From Octopus vulgaris (lineage: Eukaryota), in assembly GCA_951406725.2 (NCBI GenBank), contig OX597814.1, forward strand, positions 212,970,001 to 213,034,000: 64,000 nt of DNA. Direction: 5' to 3'. A program made the translations under genes and the position numbers. Below, one piece after another: positions 56,738 to 64,000 of this stretch; within the stretch, counting starts at the first letter, position 1; each line of letters opens with the position of its first letter. The notes under the pieces were generated by a model. The model was not told the DNA's origin. It ran no database searches and saw only the letters and a list, made by a program, of their open reading frames with translations.

Positions 56738-59550
56738 GTATGTATATATGTAATATGTGTGCGTGTGTGTGTGCGTGTGTGTGTGTATTTCAAATGATGA
56801 AAGATAAAATAAACCCTAACTCATTTTACAAAATATCTATTCTATAGTTAATACCTAGATGTGTGCACGTGCATGCGTGTATCTATGTAAGTGCGTACAT
56901 ACATGCATATGTGTGTGTGTGTGTGTTTCTGTTAGTTGAGAATGAAAGATAGGTACACAAGTAGGCATGGTATACACAAGTAGGCAGAGTGAAAATATTA
57001 TACAGAACGATATAAAGTGAAGAACATAAGGAGTAACACATTTAGCGGTAAATGGATTCGTTTTAGCTGAAAGCTTCTCTCCCGCATTTTCAAATTAGTT
57101 TCAAGGAATGCTTTGGAATTCATGTGTTTAAGTAATTATAATATAATTCAAATTTTCCTGTCCGAAATATATATTAAATTCTGTTGCGATATGTGACAGA
57201 ACATCCTGGTTTACGTTTATCGTTAGATGATGGCTTCTAGCTTATGATTCATGGCGAAATATACTTTAAACCTATTAACTCGAAGCCTCTTTCACATGTT
57301 TACATTAATAATATGAATCTGAATACAATTGCTTTTATCTATTATTATCCAGTTGTCATAGAGACTGATTATTATGTAATTTCTATATATTTATGACATT
57401 TTCCAGGATTGTATGAATTATGATTAATGAATTAAAAATATACATATATGCAGTATATTTCCTATACATGCTGAGTGTTTGAAATGTAATCCAGTATATT
57501 AGCCGTACATACATAAGTACACATAAACGTATTCCAATATAATTGCGAAGTATGATGAGTTCAAAATTTATACTTTGTTATTCGGGTATGTCTATTCCCT
57601 TAGTCGCGTAAAATACCTTTATTTTCTCTGAACACTAAGGTTGCAATTTCCATTACCATTAGTCTTTTTCCCACACTTTGCATATTTTCTCGGAGAAAAG
57701 TTACTCCAACACTATCTTCGTCTGAGGGTTCTTCATGTGCAATTTTCCATATTTCAGTATACTTTACTATACATTTGTATAGTCTGGCAGGTTTTGTTGT
57801 GTTCTTATTGTGCATATATGAATCAATTTGTGTATAGCTTGCACACGAAAAGGGTTCTCAGACTTACAAACATTATTTGTCTGTAACTTATTGATTACGT
57901 GGTGAAACACATACAAAGTTTAATGTAATACTAATAATGATAAAGTCTAAATAAATATTATAAGTTAAATGGAAACATACTGCCATTCCACAGCGTTGGC
58001 ACGAAATAACTTCAAACGAAGGAATGGCTTAGAATGTATTGAAAGTGATATAATGAGCTACAGAAATTTATCTTTCAAACTGGAATTTGACATTTCTCTC
58101 CACATCCAAAGATATCACTTATCTTTCCGGATGAAAATCAATGATATTAGACGACAATAAATGTTATTGTTGTTTTCAACTAATCTTTTTCCAGTTGTGT
58201 CCCATCCTCTTTTATTGTAGATGACAATGCTCACAACCACTCAACCACTTCCTATGGTGAAGATGCTCACACCCACTTACAATGATTTCTTATGCAGTTG
58301 GAACATGCGAATTATTTTATGTATCAAAACTTCTCTGCCAACCATTATAAACGATTCAGCGTGCATCGTGAAATTAGACTTCTGCTAAAAATCAAACTGG
58401 ATGATGAAACATATGGAAATACATCTTGTAGTGAAAGAATTGTAACAGGATAAAACATAATACCCAAGAACAAAGTTATTTTACACACTTTTACCAACTA
58501 GAAACCGTAGCAAACTCTACATTAAATCGCACTCTATTTTTAAAAAAAAAATTAAAGTCCCGTTCGACAATGCAATGTAGATGTGAATATAAAGCTTGAT
58601 GAATGTAACTGATTTATCTTTGGGCATAGGTCTACTTCATTAGTTAGCTCAGAAGTATACAAAAGCAATAACATTCTGAATTTTGTTACAAGCATTTAAA
58701 ATTATTTTAACCATTTTATCAGTATTTTCCCTCCAATACCTGTTCTAAGCTAAGCCTGCTTCAGCATACCCTATACATGTACAGCTGTAATGTTAACATA
58801 TAGCATGTTAGTTGTTTCCAATATTACATAGAAACTATTATTCATTATTTTATAATAGTTGAAAATTTTATGTAAAATCGTATGGTAGTTTAACTATTCC
58901 TAAAGTCTAAAACTAATTGAGGCAAATATCAGTTATATAATTAGTGCAATCGTAAATTTCACTTTACAAAACAATATTTTTTCCATAAAATATACGCACT
59001 CGTAAAATGATGTCTCTTTCACAAGGGAAACATAATCAATATATTTATCAACAGTTTCAATGCAGGAATATTTTAATTCGCAAGTTCAATGAATATTTAA
59101 ACTTAATTAAATTCGACAATCAACCTTATAGTTAGAGGAGGAACGGCAACGTCTGTGATCGCCGCGAGACCAATGCAGGTGGAAGAAACAATGATTTATG
59201 AGTTATCTTCAGACCAGAGTCTCAGTGAATCTGCTTACAGAAAAATATACTTCACTAGCAGTATTAAGACTATGAAAGAAGACCTGGTGTGAACGCAGTT
59301 TATATTTACACAGTATGACTCAAAACACTCGAGGCGACTGAAACTATAGTACTGGTGATGTCACGCAGCGGATTTGTACGCAAATCATGTGAATGAGTGG
59401 AATGTGCGGGATACCTTCTATCTTATGGTCATCCATAATCCATTAGTGTTATTTCATTTTAATACATTATCTTCAAGAGTTTCATTTACTTGCACAGAAA
59501 GAAGTAATTCTTTACATACACACATAAAGACAAACACACACACTCGTATA

Positions 59551-59608
<58 letters not shown>

Positions 59609-59743
59609 AAAGCAAATGCAACGTCCATTCCAGTTGTTTCATCTGTAACAAAAAGAATATATATATATATATATTTATTTATTTATATTTATATTTATAT
59701 TTATATTTATAATCAAAATAAACAACTAGATGTCAAGTTGTGA

Positions 59744-59829
59744 TGCGGTACAACCGTTTCAAGCGGCTCCATTTAATTAAACAATGTAATTATTACATCA
59801 ACTTCAATGCAGTGCCATCTTCAGCTGCA
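59744..59829 (-). ncRNA. Hammerhead-like motif with long stem II
   Basis: tgcag CTGAAGA tggc..gatgtaat-a-attacatt..gccg ctt GAAA cggttg TA ccgca; GUA triplet, stem I 4/5 bp. Confidence 0.55.
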
Positions 59830-60588
59830 AAAATTATTAAATAGAATTTTAACCAATAGCACACATTAATATAATTTTTGTCAAATATTTTAACAGACCA
59901 AGAAGGTGGATGAAATTCATGTTGTCGCTATTGTAGCTAAGAATAGACTACACTTCCAAGAATCGCATGAAGCCTATTGGGGTCATAGTGTTGAAATGTA
60001 TTGTAATTCTTTTACAATTCATTTATCTCTTATCAACTACTAAATCTAAGTCTAGAAGACTGTGTCTATTTTGAATAAGGGACAACAGTAAGTTGACAGC
60101 TCATGCCTAGGTATGGTCATAAATGTTATCTGTTTTCCTCAGATACTAAAGAAGAGATAAGGAGTAGTCAATTGGATACAAGTGACTGTCTATAAAATGC
60201 GGCTGGGTAGGGGAAGACTTTAAATCATGATGTTAATTACCAGTTAAATGGTAAGACGCTAAGAAACCTAAAATGTTAATACAGGGGAAATATTATTTTA
60301 GGTTGCTAAGGGTGATTGTTTATAAACAATATTGTTATGCTGTATAAAAATAAAATTTAAGATTTTCATAAACGATATCATAACCAAAACAGGTCAAATG
60401 TGTGTATATCAATTATAAACATTAAAAAGGAAAGATTACATAGAATCAGTTTAATATTCATTCTTTGAGTTGTACCTATAGAATAAGTCCTTGGGTCGAT
60501 TTGCTCGACTAAAGGCGGTGCCCCAACATGGCCGCAGTCAAATGACTGAAGCAAATAAAAGAATAAAGAAAATAATGAAAGAAAATAT

Positions 60589-60984
60589 TTACTCTTTTAT
60601 TTGTTTCAGTCATTTGACTGCGGCCATGCTGGAGCACCGCCTTTAATCGAGCAACTCGACCCCGGAACTTATTCTTTTGTAAGCCCAGCACTTATTCTAT
60701 CGGTCTCTTTTGCCGAACCGCTAAGTAACGGGGACATAAACACACCAGCGTCGGTTGTCAAGCAATGCTAGGGGGACAAACACAGACACACAAACACACA
60801 CACGCATATATATATATATATATATGCGACGGGCTTCTTTCAGTTTCCGTCTACCAAATCCACTCACAAGGCTTTGGTCGGCCCGAGGCTATAGTAGAAG
60901 ACCTTTGCCCAAGTTGCCACGCAGTGGGACTGAACCCGGAACCATGTGGTTGGTAAACAAGCTACGTACCACACAGCCACTCCT
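60589..60984 (-). mobile_element. SINE family A, near full length, tail-to-tail with an A-type tail at 60478-60585
   Basis: Near-identical to 11512-11923. Confidence 0.9.
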
Positions 60985-61977
60985 GATATATATATATATA
61001 AACATATATCATCAATGGAACTGATCATACCAGAAATCCGTCGAAACACAAAGTTAAATTAAATAAGGTTCCCTAAAGCAAAACTTCTTAAAGTACAATG
61101 TACCAGCACACACATTCAAAGAATTCTGCTCTTAAATGCATGCGCTAAAACAAAACAAACATAACATATTCTCAATACTCATACGAAGATACGCATACAC
61201 AAGTAATAACAAACTAGATTTTGTGAACCACATAACTCTGCAAAATATTGCTAAATAGAGCACCGAATTTAGAACTCATTAGTACAAGAAAATATTGTGA
61301 TTAATGTTCTTAATTAAAGTTTAAAAACAATCACACTGAATTCCGCATTCGATCGTGTTTCACAATTCATTGTTTTAAATGAAATATTGTTATATACGTT
61401 GCGCAGAGTAGAGCATGTAGTAAAGCTCAGGTTCCCAAACATTCAGTGCCTAATTTGGCCGATTCTAATTTATTTATGTAGCCAATCTAGGTACGAATGT
61501 CAAACACCTCATTTACACTTTCCTGTTTTTTTCCTCTTTAATATTGAATTTTATATTAGGCAGATTGCCTTAAAGAAACATAACTCGCAAGAGGCATTGT
61601 GCACGTAGCTCTACTGATTGTACCAATAAACTAACATCAGAAAATCGAAAATTAGAATGGAGTAAAACAATTTAACAATGGTCGTTTGTTTATGATTTCT
61701 TAAAATATTGAATACCTTCTCTCCTTTTTCGTCTAATTTCTGTGTCTTCATACTCTCCAGCCTCTCTCTTTTCTCACTTTATTAAATTGTACATATCACA
61801 CAGTATGGAAACTGCAATGCATTTTACAGGGTATTTCTCTAATATTAAAAATAAATTACATTTTTTTATGTATTAATGTGCAATTACCAAGCAAAAAATC
61901 ATTATTGTGTTAGGTTAAACTCTTTTGAGATTATGAAGCAATAACAACATTGGTATTTCGATGTAATGCCGGGATGT

Positions 61978-62745
61978 AAGGCGGCAAGCTGATAGAATCG
62001 TAACTGCGCTGGCCAAAATGCTTAGCCGCATTCCGTATGTCTTTACGTTTTAAGTTCAAATTCCACCGAGGTCAGCGTTACCTCTCATTTTATCAAGGTC
62101 AAGAGTAGTTGAGCACTACGGCTAATGTAATTAACTTACTGGTACCCGAAATTGCTGGCCTTGTGCCAAAATTTGAAACCGATATAATGCTACAAGTTAA
62201 ATAACTAAGCAGTTCAAATTAAGCTAATGTTGACTTTTTCCACTTTCGGGGTTATACATTAAAAGTTGGTATTACCAAATCCTAAAATAATCTTCTCTTA
62301 TCAATCGATAGCTTCGTACCAACGTGACGGATTACTAATTAAGGGCAACAAATGGTAAAATGTTATCTATAATTTAGTGTTTAGTACGTGTATGTAATCC
62401 CAAAATTTATTTGTCATGTTGCCAAGCCGAACGAGTTCATTTTTATAGATTGTAATTAAGAGAAAATTGGCAACAGTGATTAGAGTTTCCAGTGTCTACT
62501 GTTTCATTGTATATTTAGTAGCAATATACCGGCTTTCGTAAGGCGTCGATCTGGCAGAACCGTTAGCACGCCTGACAAAATTCTTAGCGGCATTTCGTCC
62601 ATCTTTATATTATAAGTTCATATTCCCCACGAGGTTGACTTCGCATTTCAACATTTCGGGGTCGATAAAAGAAGTCAGAATTGAACACTGGGGTCGATGT
62701 TATCCCCCGAAATTGCTTGCCTCGTGCCAAAAATTTAAAACCAAT
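61978..62745 (+). mobile_element. Two diverged SINE family B copies (61978-62180, 62540-62745)
   Basis: ggcggcaagctgatagaatcgt..aaaatgcttagc..aagttcaaattccaccgaggtc..; tail aaattgctggccttgtgccaaaatttgaaacc. Confidence 0.75.
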
Positions 62746-62805
62746 AAATCGGCTTCTGAAATTCCAGGCAGATATATAGTTGACTATATCACCCCATCTA
62801 TCTCA

Positions 62806-63057
62806 GTGGAGGCACATGGCCTAGTGGTTAGATCAGCGGTCGAGGGATCGCGGGTTCGAATCTCAGACCGGGCGATGTGTGTGTTTATGAGCGAAACACC
62901 TAAGCTCCACGCGGCTCCGGCAGAAGGTAATGGCGAAACTTCTGCTGACTCTTTTGCCACAACTTTCTCTCACTCTTTCCTCCTGCATCTTGCAGCTCAC
63001 CTGCGACGGACCGGCCCTTATGAGCCAGGCATGGCTCGAGAAGGAACATACAACAAG
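62806..63057 (+). mobile_element. SINE family C with 10-bp TSD
   Basis: A box tggcctagtgg, B box ggttcgaatc. TSD atctatctca at 62796-62805 and 63058-63067. Confidence 0.9.
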
Positions 63058-63337
63058 ATCTATCTCAATTGTACAATATTTTATCGATTCTAGAAGAATG
63101 AAAAACAAAGTTGGCTTCAGAAGGACTTAAACTCAGAATCTGAAGAGCGGGATGTCATATTGTGAATTAATGTTTTCCACGCTCTGATTATATCGCCAAA
63201 CCAAGAGTAATATTGTGAGTGATTCGTATAATTACAAACTATAGAATTGTTTTCAGTTTAGAAACAAGAACAGCAATTTGGATAGGAGACATAAAATCAA
63301 TAGTATTGACCTCAGTACTTGACTGGTACAATATCGA

Positions 63338-63556
63338 TGGTGAGCTGGCAGAAACGTTAGCACGCTGGGCGAAATGCTGAGCGGTATTTCTTCTTTACGA
63401 TCTGAGTTCAATTCCCGCCGAGGTGGAAAGGATGAAGGGCAAACCCTTCATCCTTCCGAGGTCAATAAATTAAATACCAGTTGCGTAGTGGGGTCGATTT
63501 AATCAACTGGCCCTCTCCCCAAATATTTCGGACCTTGTGCCTAGAGTAGAAAAGTA
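63338..63556 (+). mobile_element. SINE family B inserted in an older antisense B copy
   Basis: ggtgagctggcagaaacgttagcacg..gagttcaattcccgccgagg..ttgtgcctagagtagaaaag. Confidence 0.85.
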
Positions 63557-64000
63557 TATCTGATCGATTCTGGAGTGACGAAAAGAAAAGGTGACCTTAG
63601 AGGAACTTGAAACGGGAATATGAAAAAGTCGCTAGAAGCACAGCAAGGTTCTGTGATGATTTAGCCTGTCATACACATTTATATCTAATATAACGTGTAA
63701 TATTATGACTAATATAATTATCACCACATACTGGAATTGTTTATTTCGATGTGTAATAATAGTAATCCATAATTTGAATTGCTTCCTGCACTTAATCATA
63801 CAAGAATAACAGATTATAACCTTTCAGTGTAATGACTAGAAAGTGCTTGAGATATTAAACATGATTTGGAAAGCATTATTATTGATTTGTTTATTTTTTA
63901 TATCATAACCTGCTCTTTCCCAGAATGTCGTTTGTATGTAATTGACAGAAAAGGAATTTGAAATTTGAAGTCGTTTGCCCTCCGATATAAATGTATATTA

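Noticed and set aside
59130-59360. GC-richer stretch resembling an exon
   Set aside because: No clean ORF or splice pair; more like a decayed RTE LINE C-terminus (KEDL..MT..R..W).

Overview
AT-rich eukaryotic non-coding DNA, dense in microsatellites ((TA)n, (TACA)n, (GATA)n, (TAA)n, (TAG)n, (GAA)n) and decayed transposable elements. The SINE families and repeat composition look like an Octopus (cephalopod) genome; this is my inference from recognising the repeats. I found no convincing host protein-coding exon, and nearly all ORFs in the track are microsatellite translations or TE remnants. Supported TEs: R4/Dong-like RLE LINE pieces, three CR1-like LINE pieces, Tx1/L1-like 3' ends in (GATA)n, a Penelope-like (PLE) RT remnant interrupted by a solo LTR, a non-autonomous Helitron with both termini, a mariner end and three tRNA-derived SINE families. 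The main hidden signal is a set of about nine type I hammerhead-ribozyme (HHR) motifs from several unrelated short elements next to microsatellites. One has a fully canonical core and lies in a 501-nt tandem, retrozyme/pLTR-like unit. Others form head-to-head foldbacks or have unusual stem II junctions. Two SINE-LINE 3'-tail partnerships (CR1-like and Tx1-like) are visible within the window. All alignments and folds were done by eye, and boundaries of decayed elements are approximate.
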